Below, in pieces: positions 18,791 to 28,874 of a stretch of DNA of 64,000 nt. Numbering within the stretch: position 1 is the first letter of the stretch; each line of letters opens with the position of its first letter. The DNA comes from Candidatus Bathyarchaeota archaeon (GTDB lineage Archaea; Thermoproteota; CALKCG01; B24; DRYS01), in NCBI GenBank assembly GCA_018396535.1, contig JAGTQC010000005.1, positions 94,523 to 158,522 of the forward strand, read 5' to 3'. Position numbers and translations under genes: made by a program. The notes beneath the pieces are model-generated. The model ran no database searches and was not told where the DNA came from. It saw nothing but the letters and a program-made list of their open reading frames with translations.

Positions 18791-20068
18791 CTATACATAC
18801 TCCTCTACCACTATGACTGTATCTATAGGATCTAAAGGTTTCTCAGGTACCTCTACTACCAGATCTTTTCCATCCCATCTATAGGTTAATCCTCCATTAT
18901 CTTGAGCTGCTAGTAGGTATACCTCTCTAGGTTCAATCCTCCCCTCTACATCGAATATTCTAAGCTCCCTATCCCAGGGCCATCCGAATACATGTATATA
19001 GAGTTTACCATATCTATATGTACACCTATACGGCGCATCGCTAGGTATATCGAAGGGTGCTGCTCCAGCACCGTAGATGCTTTCTCCATTCTTCCTAAGC
19101 CATCTACCTACCTCGAGTAGTATATCTACTGATGGTTTCGGTATCTCCCCTTCAGCAGTAGGCCCTACGTTGAGTAGTAGATTTCCACCCTTACCTACGA
19201 CTTCTACAAGTATTTGTATAACTCTACCTGGAGACTTCCAGTTATGATCGTAGCTTTTATAACCCCATGTATCGTTAAGGGTCATAGGTACCTCCCAATC
19301 ATCATCTATCTTTCTATCTGGTATCTGGTTATCGCCCATCGATATATAGTCAGCTAAACCTCTAGAAGGTATGGTAGGTCTACCTATCCTACCACCTATA
19401 CGTCCGCTTATGATAGTCTCTGGAGATATTCTGCGAACTAGATCTCTAAGCTCGCGTGCAAGCTCAGGTATGGGGGTAGTTATATCGAACCATAATACTG
19501 CTACAGGCTTATATTTCGTTAGAAGTTCTTCGACTTGCGGCTCCACATACTCCCTGAAGTATCTTGTAAAATTTTGCTTCGATATATCGTAATCCCAATC
19601 GTTACCCATACCATCTGGATGATGCCAATCCAGCGTCTGAGAGTAGTAGAATCCAAGCTTCATACCCTCCATCCTACAAGCTTCTGCAAGCTCTTTAAGA
19701 GGATCTCTTCTAAACGGGGTTGCCTTAACGATATTATAGTCAGTATACCTTGTATCGAACATACAGAACCCATCATGATGTTTAGCCGTTATAACGATAT
19801 ACTTCATACCTGCATCCCTAGCTATATGAACCCATTCTCTAGCGTTGAACTTGGTAGGGTTGAATCTCTCTGCAAGCTTCTCATACTCTCTCACAGGTAT
19901 CCTAGCATTATACATTATCCATTCACCTATACCAGATATACACCTACCCCTCCACACACCAGCAGGTATAGCGTATAAACCCCAGTGTATGAACATACCG
20001 AATCTAGCTTCACGCCACCAAGCCATACGTCTATCCCTTTCGCATATATGCTCCATTATAACCACCAC
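18791..20068 (-). CDS. GH29 alpha-L-fucosidase family glycosidase
   Basis: WWREARFGMFIHWG, AGMKY...TAKHHDGF, YYS..DWHHP, LWFD, GNLLLNVGP. Confidence 0.93.
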   Translation of the reverse strand: MVVIMEHICERDRRMAWWREARFGMFIHWGLYAIPAGVWRGRCISGIGEWIMYNARIPVREYEKLAERFNPTKFNAREWVHIARDAGMKYIVITAKHHDGFCMFDTRYTDYNIVKATPFRRDPLKELAEACRMEGMKLGFYYSQTLDWHHPDGMGNDWDYDISKQNFTRYFREYVEPQVEELLTKYKPVAVLWFDITTPIPELARELRDLVRRISPETIISGRIGGRIGRPTIPSRGLADYISMGDNQIPDRKIDDDWEVPMTLNDTWGYKSYDHNWKSPGRVIQILVEVVGKGGNLLLNVGPTAEGEIPKPSVDILLEVGRWLRKNGESIYGAGAAPFDIPSDAPYRCTYRYGKLYIHVFGWPWDRELRIFDVEGRIEPREVYLLAAQDNGGLTYRWDGKDLVVEVPEKPLDPIDTVIVVEEYV

Positions 20069-20177
20069 TGATAGCTAGCGTAATGTAATCTTCATAAGAT
20101 TTTCGAGATAGCTGAGTCTATATGGGATAATATTTATATAATACACCCATGTTACTACTGTTTTTCCTCAGCTAGGT

Positions 20178-21155
20178 TTGTGGGATTTAATATACGGGTT
20201 TACATGCATACTTGGAGGCATAACCCTCCTATACATGAGCTCGGGTAGGGTCGTCGGATATGCGTCTAGGCTAGCATACATTCTAAACCTGAGTAAGATA
20301 TACCTCGGAATGGGTATCATTGCCTTCATAACAGCTCTACCAGAGTTGATAACCTCTGTAGTAGCAGCTACATACGGTGCCTCACCCCATATGGCGTTAG
20401 GTGATGTGGTTGGCTCAAACATATACAATGTACTAGTTGTTATAGGTGTATGTGGGCTAGCTAAGAAGAGATTAAACGTGGATCGCTATGCTTTAAGAAA
20501 GGAAGCTTCGATTATGCTAATCCTATCCACCACCCTTACTCTACTACTCCTCCTAACGCGTAGGTTAACCTCATGGATATCATCCATATTCCTACTAGTA
20601 TACCCAATCTACCTGTACCGCTCTATAAGATCTATAAATAGGAATGAACTACTAGCTAATGGAGGCTGTAGACATGGTAAACATAGATGTGAAGCTATCG
20701 GCTATCTAGCTATGATGATAGCTTATGGTTTAATCCTTGTAACCGGTGCATACATACTAGTATACGGTGCTATGGTTATAACAGATACCTTAAGGTTAAG
20801 TCACCTATACGTTGGTATGAATATACTATCATTAGGATGTACAATTCCAGAAATAGCTGTCTCTATAACCGCAACGTTTAAGGATGAATACGATATAGCC
20901 TTCGGAAATGTTATAGGAGATAATATAATAACAATAACATTAGTGCTAGGTATAATAGGTTTAATAGCTCAACCAGAAGTTACTCTAAGAGATATAATAT
21001 TCACTATGCCATTCATGATATTTGTAATAATTTTAGTCTTAATCATAAATGAATACTTTAAAAACATTGAGAAAATACCTGGATTAGCTATAATAGCACT
21101 AACCATAGCATTATACATTCTAGAAACAATATTCTTTCATACATCTATCTTGTAG
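20178..21155 (+). CDS. Na+/Ca2+ antiporter (CaCA/YrbG family)
   Basis: Two alpha repeats (TALPEL...GDVVGSNIYN and CTIPEI...GNVIGDNI), multiple TM helices. Confidence 0.88.
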   Translation: MWDLIYGFTCILGGITLLYMSSGRVVGYASRLAYILNLSKIYLGMGIIAFITALPELITSVVAATYGASPHMALGDVVGSNIYNVLVVIGVCGLAKKRLNVDRYALRKEASIMLILSTTLTLLLLLTRRLTSWISSIFLLVYPIYLYRSIRSINRNELLANGGCRHGKHRCEAIGYLAMMIAYGLILVTGAYILVYGAMVITDTLRLSHLYVGMNILSLGCTIPEIAVSITATFKDEYDIAFGNVIGDNIITITLVLGIIGLIAQPEVTLRDIIFTMPFMIFVIILVLIINEYFKNIEKIPGLAIIALTIALYILETIFFHTSIL

Positions 21156-21162
21156 TATATAC

Positions 21163-21720
21163 GTTACATCATTGAGATAACGAACGTTGCAAATGAATCT
21201 ACAGATATATTTCTCTTACAGAACGATTTACGTGTACTTTACGATGAGGTTTTAGAAGGTAGAAAAACATTAGGTAATACCGTGAATGTATTATGATGAG
21301 TGTAAGCTCAAACTTCGGTAACAAGTTCAGTGTTGCCGAGCTTCACTATTCCTACTTATGCTTCCGGTACAGATACTGCTTAATAGCATACCCTATGGCT
21401 TCTCCTAGCCGACAATACCTATAGATGAAGTTGACTATAAAGCCTAATAAAGTAGGATATAAAATTCATTAAACTGTTCATGATTTATCTCAGACCAGTC
21501 AGTTCTCTACCCAGCTCTATAACATTCTTATAATGCTTTTCATTTCCCACTCTTCTAAACAGCTATTCTAGACATCTGGTTTATCGAATTCTCGCTTCAC
21601 AAACCATCTTAATCTTTGCTATTAGAACAAACAAGACGCCGATAACATTAGCTGAAGCTACTAAAAGCTGGCTCCACAAAAGATATAGCTATCGTTTAAA
21701 ACAAACACCTATTCCGCCTA
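21163..21720 (+). pseudogene. mgtA: Decayed C-terminal part of Mg2+-transporting P-type ATPase
   Basis: Frame-broken fragments VANESTDIFLLQNDLRVLYDEVLEGRKTLGNT, MMSVSSNFGNKFSV, MLPVQILLN, DIKFIKLFMI, SQTILIFAIRT. Confidence 0.8.
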
Positions 21721-22149
21721 AGATGATCGGAATATACCTTACAAAAACTATGAGACTCATCCAAAATGTTATCGCTACTATCTTTCTAAACTCAGAAGAT
21801 GAAATATCGATCGACTCTTTCTAGAAGATCTGTAGAGAAGCATAGAATACCCGCCTAACCACTACCAAATAATTCACGTTTTATAAGGAAGATAAAGTTA
21901 ATGCTATACCTTACAGAGCCTAAGAATATTATGGGAAGCATGAAGCTTAGCTTATTTTAAAATATGTAGACATCTACCAAAACAAATTGTAGAGAATGTG
22001 AAGAACAAGAATATCTTCCATCAAAATCAAACTCTAAAATAAGGAAGAAATACTTCAAGCTAGACGTAGTTAAAGAATTCTACTTGTTTTTCTTAGGCAT
22101 CTCTAATATACATAGATGTTATTCATAGTTTACTAAACCCTCTAAATAG

Positions 22150-22665
22150 CTATAGTATTGGTGTTAATTTCACTTCCACCCCCTCTTCATCTGTATGAAG
22201 CTCAGCATTTAGTAGTGGTGTTTTCGGTTTTACTCCTTGGAGAAAGATTGCTCCGTATATCTCCCTGACGATTAAATGCGTGTCGGCTTTAAAGTCAGCA
22301 ATCTTGAGGTTACGCCTTAAAGCATCCTCATGAACAAAATGAGGCGGAAGGATAATGGCGCATCCTCCCTGGCTGTTACCATGTCTAGGAAACGAAACCT
22401 TCCAGTAACGTAGCCAACCACGTCTCCCTCCTCAAACTTTGGAAAAGCGTATTCAAGTGTGGCTATATCACCGCTTATGTCAATGACCCTCAGCGCTAAT
22501 CCTATCCTTTAAGATCCTCCTCTCTTCAGACCTCTCCCTTATGAGTAAGCGCTTCGTGAAAGATAGAATCCTATCTCTATTCGTGTAAAGCACAGCATAA
22601 CCATAACGCGGACACGAAACTAAGCCAAACCGAATCCACGTACCACATTTAGAGTAAAACTCCAT
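22150..22665 (-). pseudogene. Frameshifted fragments of unidentified foreign gene(s)
   Basis: Protein-like stretches in successive frames (ILSFTKRLLIRERSEE; RVIDISGDIATLEYAFPKFEEGDVVGY; IILPPHFVHEDALRRNLKIADF); atypical composition. Confidence 0.4.
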
Positions 22666-22707
22666 ACCCAGCTACTCAGAACAAAATTATTCGTAAAGGG
22701 TCGAACC

Positions 22708-22932
22708 CTAAAATTTCATTATTTCATCTGAAAATTGCTTAAGATTTATTTTTAACTTTTCATAGTATTCTCTACCTTTCTCGGTTATTTCCCATATTTC
22801 CAGAGAGGTATCCTTTCCTATATATCCTTCATTTATCAGCTTCCATCTTCCCCACCTTATATGGTTCACGCATCTATTTTCTTTGACCGAGAGCAACATT
22901 TCAAGATCCTTTAGCTTAAGCTTATTTTTCAT
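22708..22932 (-). pseudogene. Fragment of Mrr-type restriction endonuclease N-terminal winged-helix domain
   Basis: NR..NHIRWGR.KL...GYI.....IWEITEKGREY matches Mrr_N pattern; upstream part degenerate. Confidence 0.6.
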
Positions 22933-23141
22933 CTTCTTAAAACACCTATTATCATAGACTTGGTAACGTTAATGATATTTTACCCAGATCTATTTAATCA
23001 GTTTCCTTCTCTCTTGTACACCAGATGAGAGCATACTTTTAGATTGGCAAGTATTAGTCCAGGCAGCTCTTCGTTAAAGATATTTGAGCTTGCTTTCTTC
23101 AGAATCGAGATAATATCTTTCTAAATTCGCATATCAAGCTC

Positions 23142-23368
23142 TTAGGAAATTGAATATGTAGCCTTGGCCCTGGCGGTGGAGAGGTCGAATGGAACATGCC
23201 TAAATATTGCGCATAGGTTAGTAGCGTACTTTAGAACTCTAGCCCTAGAAAGGCCTAGGCTCTTCAAGTAGTCTATGAAGAACATTAATATTCCACCATA
23301 GGGCAACTGGCTCAGCTTAGACCTATCGGTTTCAAGCCCCCCTCAACATTACGTATATCCGCATTCAC
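23142..23368 (-). pseudogene. N-terminal remnant of tyrosine recombinase/integrase
   Basis: MNADIRNVEG / LETDRSKLSQLPYGGILMFFIDYLKSLGLSRARVLKYATNL...FDL, with frameshift at G6 run (23337-23342); begins about 63 nt past the tRNA 3' end. Confidence 0.6.
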
Positions 23369-23431
23369 ACTAAACTCTGTACTCGAAGACTTGAAAAAGG
23401 AGGCTATGTAGGACTCCAGAATTAGGGGTGA

Positions 23432-23508
23432 TGGAGCCTCGGGCGGGATTCGAACCCGCGACCCGCAGCTTACGAGGCTGCTGCTCTACCAGGCTGAGCT
23501 ACCGAGGC
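23432..23508 (-). tRNA. tRNA-Thr(CGT), CCA encoded, no intron
   Basis: GCCTCGG acceptor stem, anticodon arm GCAGC-CTCGTAA-GCTGC, T arm GCGGGTTCGAATCCCGC, TCCA end. Confidence 0.96.
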
Positions 23509-24391
23509 TCTATACTTTACTTCTATTTTTCGGAAATTTATTCTTTAACCCTAGCTGTGTATGAGAGTCTTGATACCGGTTCTCTATACTCTCCTTCTAT
23601 CTATAGGTATATCTACCGGTTTTCTTTTGAAGCTGGATTGTATTATGCAGTTAACTACTTCTTACTCTTTCTACAGCTTCCACCATATCTTCCATGAGGA
23701 TTCTTTGAATTCTATCCTATTATATCTAGATCCTGATCTACCCCGTTTCTCAGTAGATGAGAGTACATGTTCTCTAGAGTATCTACTTCGGAATATCCTA
23801 TCTCGATTTCTCCATTCTATTAGTCTAGGATTATCCTACTCCCAGCTAGAGTTATCTTGATCGTCGTAGGGTTATCCACTAGACCTGTCTGTACCACCAT
23901 CTAAATACTATTCTCGATTAATACTACTGTTTACTAAATCCTCTACTTCTTCAGCTTTATGTAGTACTAATGGTAAATATTATGATATAGTTTGATTCAT
24001 TAATACGTTTCGCATAATATATGCTTTCCATGTTTGTAAGTTTCTAAATCTATATCTCTATGGGTGTGGTGAGGTGTACATATGCATATTACACCGTGAT
24101 TGCTTAGATTGAGTATATCGTTATAGTCTACGAACCATTTTGCATTATTCCTCTCTCTTTCACTCCTAGCTAACTCTTATTTTATCACATACATCTACGA
24201 GTTTAGCATTCTCCACCCTATTTATACCATCCATATGTGTACGTCCTATGCATCTAAGCTCTACTATACTAAATCCTATCATAGCTATGATAGGCCTCGA
24301 TTATTCATGGATATAGGAGGTATAGTTTGGTAATACATAATCTGAATGAAGCTTGAATTCTATAGTGTTAGAGTAGGGTTGGTTAACTATT

Positions 24392-24826
24392 TTATAGATC
24401 TAGTATAAACCGTGCTTTCACACCTTCTTCATCTTTATAAACCTTCATCTGATGGTATGTTACAGCTTTGATACTAGTCTTAGATATATGTCTTCTAGGA
24501 TCGTATACTTCACCTAAGATACGTGCTCTAAGCTTATACATATCATCCTCCATACCTATATACTCTACATCTATTTTAGAAGCTAGGAATCCATCTATAT
24601 CAACCATTATTAATAGCTTCTCAAGCCAATCGTATAATAATGCTTCTAGATCCTCCCCCTCAGCTTCGATTATCCTCTCATCCCTAGGCTCGATTAGACT
24701 AGTATCAGTTATAACTTCGTAGAGAGCTAAACCTGCATTCTCGTAGCATTCTTCATAGCTTCCACCATAAGCTTCTATATAGGCATCGGCTGAATGCTCT
24801 AGGAATCTAAACCCTCCCATACCCAT
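24392..24826 (-). CDS. Archease (RtcB RNA ligase cofactor)
   Basis: FLEHSAD, DLEALLYDWL, IKAVTYH, FILDL. Confidence 0.95.
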   Translation of the reverse strand: MGMGGFRFLEHSADAYIEAYGGSYEECYENAGLALYEVITDTSLIEPRDERIIEAEGEDLEALLYDWLEKLLIMVDIDGFLASKIDVEYIGMEDDMYKLRARILGEVYDPRRHISKTSIKAVTYHQMKVYKDEEGVKARFILDL

Positions 24827-24830
24827 CCCT

Positions 24831-25907
24831 TCATCTACTCATCAACATTCTAAGCTTCTCCTTGAATTTAAGCCTTGCATCTACTTCTTCTTTAAGTCTA
24901 CCTATGATAGCTATATCTCCGGGATCAACTCCTCTTAACTCAGCTAGGTATAGAGAAGTCATATCTCCTACATATACTAGGCTAGCTATACAAGCTAGCC
25001 TAGATGAACCGCTACCCCAAACCTCTATTAAATCCGATACCCTATCATGTAGAAGATTCTTAGTAACTTCCATCCTAATCCTAGCCTCCTCGGATTCTAG
25101 TATAGATCTTAGAAGTATAACAGCTATGTTACTAGGCCTGAATCCGTTATCCTGGTAGGCTACTATCTCGTTATGGTGGAGTTCAGGTATACTAGCATCG
25201 ACTGCGTAGACTTTACTATTCTCGTTAAACTGGGTTCTCCATCTGAAAGCTACGGAGCTTATAGACTCCCATCCATATATGATCGGTAGCTTATAAAGTA
25301 CTCTATACGCTATATGTTTAGCTATATTACCCTCCTCTACCGTTACTGATGGTGCTAGCCTACTTCTAAGCATTTCTAAAGCTTTCAGAGTATCTTGAAG
25401 CTCATCTTTAAACCTACCTGAATCTAGTATGTTAGCTTCTAGAAAAGCTAGGGTTGAGGATAGCATAACGCCTAGAGCTGCTCTAGGCTGGTATCCTCTA
25501 GGTACCTTTATATGCGGTACACCTAGATTATAGCATAGCTCTTCTAGTAAGCCTCCAGAACTTAAGCCTACTATCCTAGCTCCAAGCTTGAAGGATCTGT
25601 AAGCTATACTTAAAGCCTCCTCTGTATCACCTGAATAGCTTAAGACGAGTACTAGTATATTCTTATCGATGAAGTTTGGAGGATTGTATCCTCTAATCGT
25701 GTAGACTGGTATACGACACCATTCTCTAAGCCAATCTGAGGCTAAGCCTCCTACGATAGCTGATCCACCCATACCTGCGAATACTATACCACTCGGCCTC
25801 CATCCATCGAGGTAGCTTGATGCATCGATCTTGAAGCCTATATCCGCCCCCATCTTATACTGATCTACAGATTCCAGTATCGCTTTGAATACAGGGTTTA
25901 GATCCAT
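24831..25907 (-). CDS. Bifunctional phosphoglucose/phosphomannose isomerase
   Basis: GMGGSAI, SYSGDTEE, SSGG.L, QPRAA, RWRTQFNENSK, PELHHNE. Confidence 0.92.
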   Translation of the reverse strand: MDLNPVFKAILESVDQYKMGADIGFKIDASSYLDGWRPSGIVFAGMGGSAIVGGLASDWLREWCRIPVYTIRGYNPPNFIDKNILVLVLSYSGDTEEALSIAYRSFKLGARIVGLSSGGLLEELCYNLGVPHIKVPRGYQPRAALGVMLSSTLAFLEANILDSGRFKDELQDTLKALEMLRSRLAPSVTVEEGNIAKHIAYRVLYKLPIIYGWESISSVAFRWRTQFNENSKVYAVDASIPELHHNEIVAYQDNGFRPSNIAVILLRSILESEEARIRMEVTKNLLHDRVSDLIEVWGSGSSRLACIASLVYVGDMTSLYLAELRGVDPGDIAIIGRLKEEVDARLKFKEKLRMLMSR

Positions 25908-26058
25908 ACCTCTGCAACCCCTACTCTATCTTGGATATTTAGCGTAATACCTTATCGAAGAATATAAACCTCTGTAGGAGCTGGGGTTTTGATAGAGTTA
26001 ATTAGGAGTGTTAGCTATATCGGTGAGGTTAGTTTAAATATAGCTGGAGGTTTGGTAG

Positions 26059-27075
26059 ATGGGTTTCGAGATAGGCTTAATATATGCTACGATCCTATCT
26101 CTAGCATCATCGTTCTTAGCGACTCTTATAGCTACACCTAGGATAGCTGAATTCAATAAGCGTCGTGGTATAGTCGGTGTCGACTACCATAAGCCTGGTA
26201 GGCCTGAGATACCTGAGATGGGTGGTTTATCCATGCTTATAGGTCTATCTATATCTAGTATGGTAATCCTAGTCCTCTATCCATCAAGCTTCTGGTATAC
26301 CTTAAGCTTCATACTCACTGTGCTATCGGTTGGCTGTGTAGGAGTAGTGGATGATCTCTTAGGTTTAGGTGCTAGGGTTAAGCCATTATTAACGTTTATA
26401 GCAGGTTTAGTACCGGTTCTCCTTAATATACCTGCATACCCGAAGATCTATGAGGGATACCTATCCGTACCATTCGGTAGGATTAGGATAACGATACTAT
26501 ACAATCTACTCCTACCTATAGGTATAGCTGTATCCTCTAATACTATGAATATGTGTGATCCTGTTAACGGTGTTATGGCTGGTTCATCGATAATCATATC
26601 GTTAACCCTACTCTTAGCTTCACTATTCACTGATAGATTTTATGCTTCACCCTATATAGCATCCATACTAGGATGTGCTCTAGCCTTCTACATCTATAAC
26701 AGGTATCCGGCTAGGGTGTTCCCAGGGGATACTGGTACCCTATCGCTGGGTGCTGCTATAGCTTATGCATCCGTTATAGGAAGGCTAGAGTTTATAGCTT
26801 TAATAGCTATGCTTACACAGATACTTAACGCTCTATTCACCTTGATAAGCTTAGGGGGTTTGATCGAGAGGAGGAGTATAAGCGAGAGACCTGTACGTGT
26901 ACTCGATGATGGGCGTATAGTAGCTAGCGTTAACCCTCAGGCTCCCATAACCTTAACTAGGATGTTCACAGCTTCTAGACCTATGAGTGAGAGGGAGGTA
27001 GCCTACTCCTTCTTCATACTTACAAGCTTCTCATGTATACTAGCTTTGATTACTATACCTTTGATACCTAGGTGA
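26059..27075 (+). CDS. UDP-GlcNAc:dolichyl-phosphate GlcNAc-1-P transferase (AglH/MraY family)
   Basis: GVDYHKP, IPEMGG, GVVDD, SN..N..D..NG, YNRYPARVFPGDTG. Confidence 0.88.
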   Translation: MGFEIGLIYATILSLASSFLATLIATPRIAEFNKRRGIVGVDYHKPGRPEIPEMGGLSMLIGLSISSMVILVLYPSSFWYTLSFILTVLSVGCVGVVDDLLGLGARVKPLLTFIAGLVPVLLNIPAYPKIYEGYLSVPFGRIRITILYNLLLPIGIAVSSNTMNMCDPVNGVMAGSSIIISLTLLLASLFTDRFYASPYIASILGCALAFYIYNRYPARVFPGDTGTLSLGAAIAYASVIGRLEFIALIAMLTQILNALFTLISLGGLIERRSISERPVRVLDDGRIVASVNPQAPITLTRMFTASRPMSEREVAYSFFILTSFSCILALITIPLIPR

Positions 27076-27081
27076 TTAGCT

Positions 27082-27333
27082 ATGGTTAGGTTAGGATTCT
27101 TCCTGAATATACTATTCGCTTGGCTCCTCCTAATAGTACTATCATACCTAACTATCAATGTAATAGCATCGATAACTATCCCAGATGGATATATATTCAA
27201 GCTTATCGAAGCTATAGTTAAAGCTCTATCGGTAGCTATACTCCTAGCTCTATGGCTTTATACGTGGAGGAGGATTTCTAAGCTATACTTCGAGAAGCTT
27301 CTGAAGGGTAGGGTATCGGTATCCAGCTTCTAG
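27082..27333 (+). CDS. Small two-TM membrane protein
   Basis: Two hydrophobic helices; tight spacing with upstream gene and GGTGA SD. Confidence 0.55.
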   Translation: MVRLGFFLNILFAWLLLIVLSYLTINVIASITIPDGYIFKLIEAIVKALSVAILLALWLYTWRRISKLYFEKLLKGRVSVSSF

Positions 27334-27386
27334 CGATATAGTTATAAGCATCGATTTCATCCTCTACCAGTACCAGTGTATAGGTT

Positions 27387-27854
27387 ATGCCTAGCTGGGG
27401 ATACTCTCTTAAATCTCTGAATCTAGATCCTGAGAGGACTGCTATAGCTTCGCTTAGAGATGTAGATATGAGTATGAAGAAGGCTGTAGAGGTATGCTCA
27501 TCGATAAAGGGTTTAACTCTAGAGGAGGCTAGGAGGCTTTTAAGAGATGTTATAGCTTTGAAGAAGCCTATACCTTATAGACGGTACTTTAAGAAAGGAT
27601 CGCATAAACGTCAACTTCAGGAGTGGCATAGTGGTGGATACCCTGTTAAAGTATGTCGCTATCTACTTAAACTACTGGATTCTGTAGAAGCTAATGCTGA
27701 GCATAAGGGTCTCGATACTAGTAGACTTGTTATAGTTCACGCTGCTGTTCATAAGGGTAGGAGGATACCTAGATATATGCCTAGAGCCTTCGGTAGAGCT
27801 ACTAGATGGGGTAGGCAATTGGTGCATGTAGAGATAGCTGTTCGTGAATTATAG
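27387..27854 (+). CDS. rpl22: 50S ribosomal protein L22 (uL22)
   Basis: S.KKAVEVC..IKG, GGYPVK, ANAEHKGLD, MPRAFGRA, HVEI. Confidence 0.95.
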   Translation: MPSWGYSLKSLNLDPERTAIASLRDVDMSMKKAVEVCSSIKGLTLEEARRLLRDVIALKKPIPYRRYFKKGSHKRQLQEWHSGGYPVKVCRYLLKLLDSVEANAEHKGLDTSRLVIVHAAVHKGRRIPRYMPRAFGRATRWGRQLVHVEIAVREL

Positions 27855-27971
27855 AGTGTTCTCCGAGTATCTATCAGAAGATCCTAGTCTATGCTGCCGG
27901 GTTTAACATATACCGGTTCTCAAAGCTTTAAACACTGCTTTCAACGCTACCCTATCTAGAGGTATCGGATT

Positions 27972-28517
27972 ATGCAGTCTGAGAAGGGTGGTTATATATT
28001 CGAGGATCTAGGCTGTACGGTATCTGATGAAGAGTCTGAGCAGGCTGAGAGGGAGCTTAAACTACTCTTATTCGAGAAGGGTCTACTCGAAGATATCCTA
28101 TCTAGTATACAGGATGCTGGATCGATAGATCCATCGGATAGGGAGAGGATCTATAGGAAGTATGATGATCAGCTTAGATCTATAGAGGAGCGTATAGGTA
28201 GATGTAGACTCGTAGTTAAGCTTAGGAAGCTTGAACTCGGTAGGATGAAGCTTCTCGATATGCTGAGAGATAGGCTTGAGAATTTAGATAGGGAGATTAT
28301 GGAGATCCGCTCAACTCTAGGTAAGCAGAGGAGGGAGTCTAGAACTAAACCTGAGGTTGTGGAATCTAAGCAGGCTAGGAGTCGTGTAGCCGAGGCTAGG
28401 GGGGTTAAGCAGGTAGAGGTGGTAGAGGATTTGGGGGAGAGGGATGAGCTTCAGAAGCTTCAAGAAGATATAATGGCTACCTTAGAGAAGCTTGAACAGT
28501 TGGATCTCGAGCTTTAG
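27972..28517 (+). CDS. Hypothetical coiled-coil protein
   Basis: E/L/R/K-rich heptad pattern, GAGGT SD. Confidence 0.6.
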   Translation: MQSEKGGYIFEDLGCTVSDEESEQAERELKLLLFEKGLLEDILSSIQDAGSIDPSDRERIYRKYDDQLRSIEERIGRCRLVVKLRKLELGRMKLLDMLRDRLENLDREIMEIRSTLGKQRRESRTKPEVVESKQARSRVAEARGVKQVEVVEDLGERDELQKLQEDIMATLEKLEQLDLEL

Positions 28518-28522
28518 CAACG

Positions 28523-28864
28523 TTATCCTCCTAGATGCTTCTCGATAACCCTCCTCAACCTATCCTTCGATAGTAGCCCTTCTATACGTTCTACGAGTAC
28601 TCTATCCTTGAATACTATTATCGTAGGGATAGCTGTTATACTATAGGTTACCGCTAGGATCCTACCGAGGGGTTTATCTACGTTAACCTTACCGAACGAT
28701 ACTCTCCCACTATACTCTGAAGCTAAATCCTCTATGATAGGTGCTAGTAGCCTACATGGCATACACCATTCAGCCCAGAAATCTATGACTACCACACCAT
28801 CCCTTCCTATAAACCTCCTATACTCTTCTAGAGATTCTTCACCTAGCTCACGTATAGGCTCCAT
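28523..28864 (-). CDS. trxA: Thioredoxin
   Basis: DFWAEWCMPC, GKVNVD, AIPT. Confidence 0.92.
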   Translation of the reverse strand: MEPIRELGEESLEEYRRFIGRDGVVVIDFWAEWCMPCRLLAPIIEDLASEYSGRVSFGKVNVDKPLGRILAVTYSITAIPTIIVFKDRVLVERIEGLLSKDRLRRVIEKHLGG

Positions 28865-28874
28865 ACCATCCCCC

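Noticed and set aside
19365-19405. Hairpin in GH29 insert GRIGGRIGRPTIPS
   Set aside because: Bulge geometry is non-canonical and the ORF is intact; looks like a short duplication
22697-22709. att-site copy of the tRNA-Thr 3' end
   Set aside because: Only TCGAACCC matches, too short to count
23428-23860. ORFs 23428-23697 and 23561-23860
   Set aside because: One is antisense to the tRNA and both are low-complexity with no family motifs
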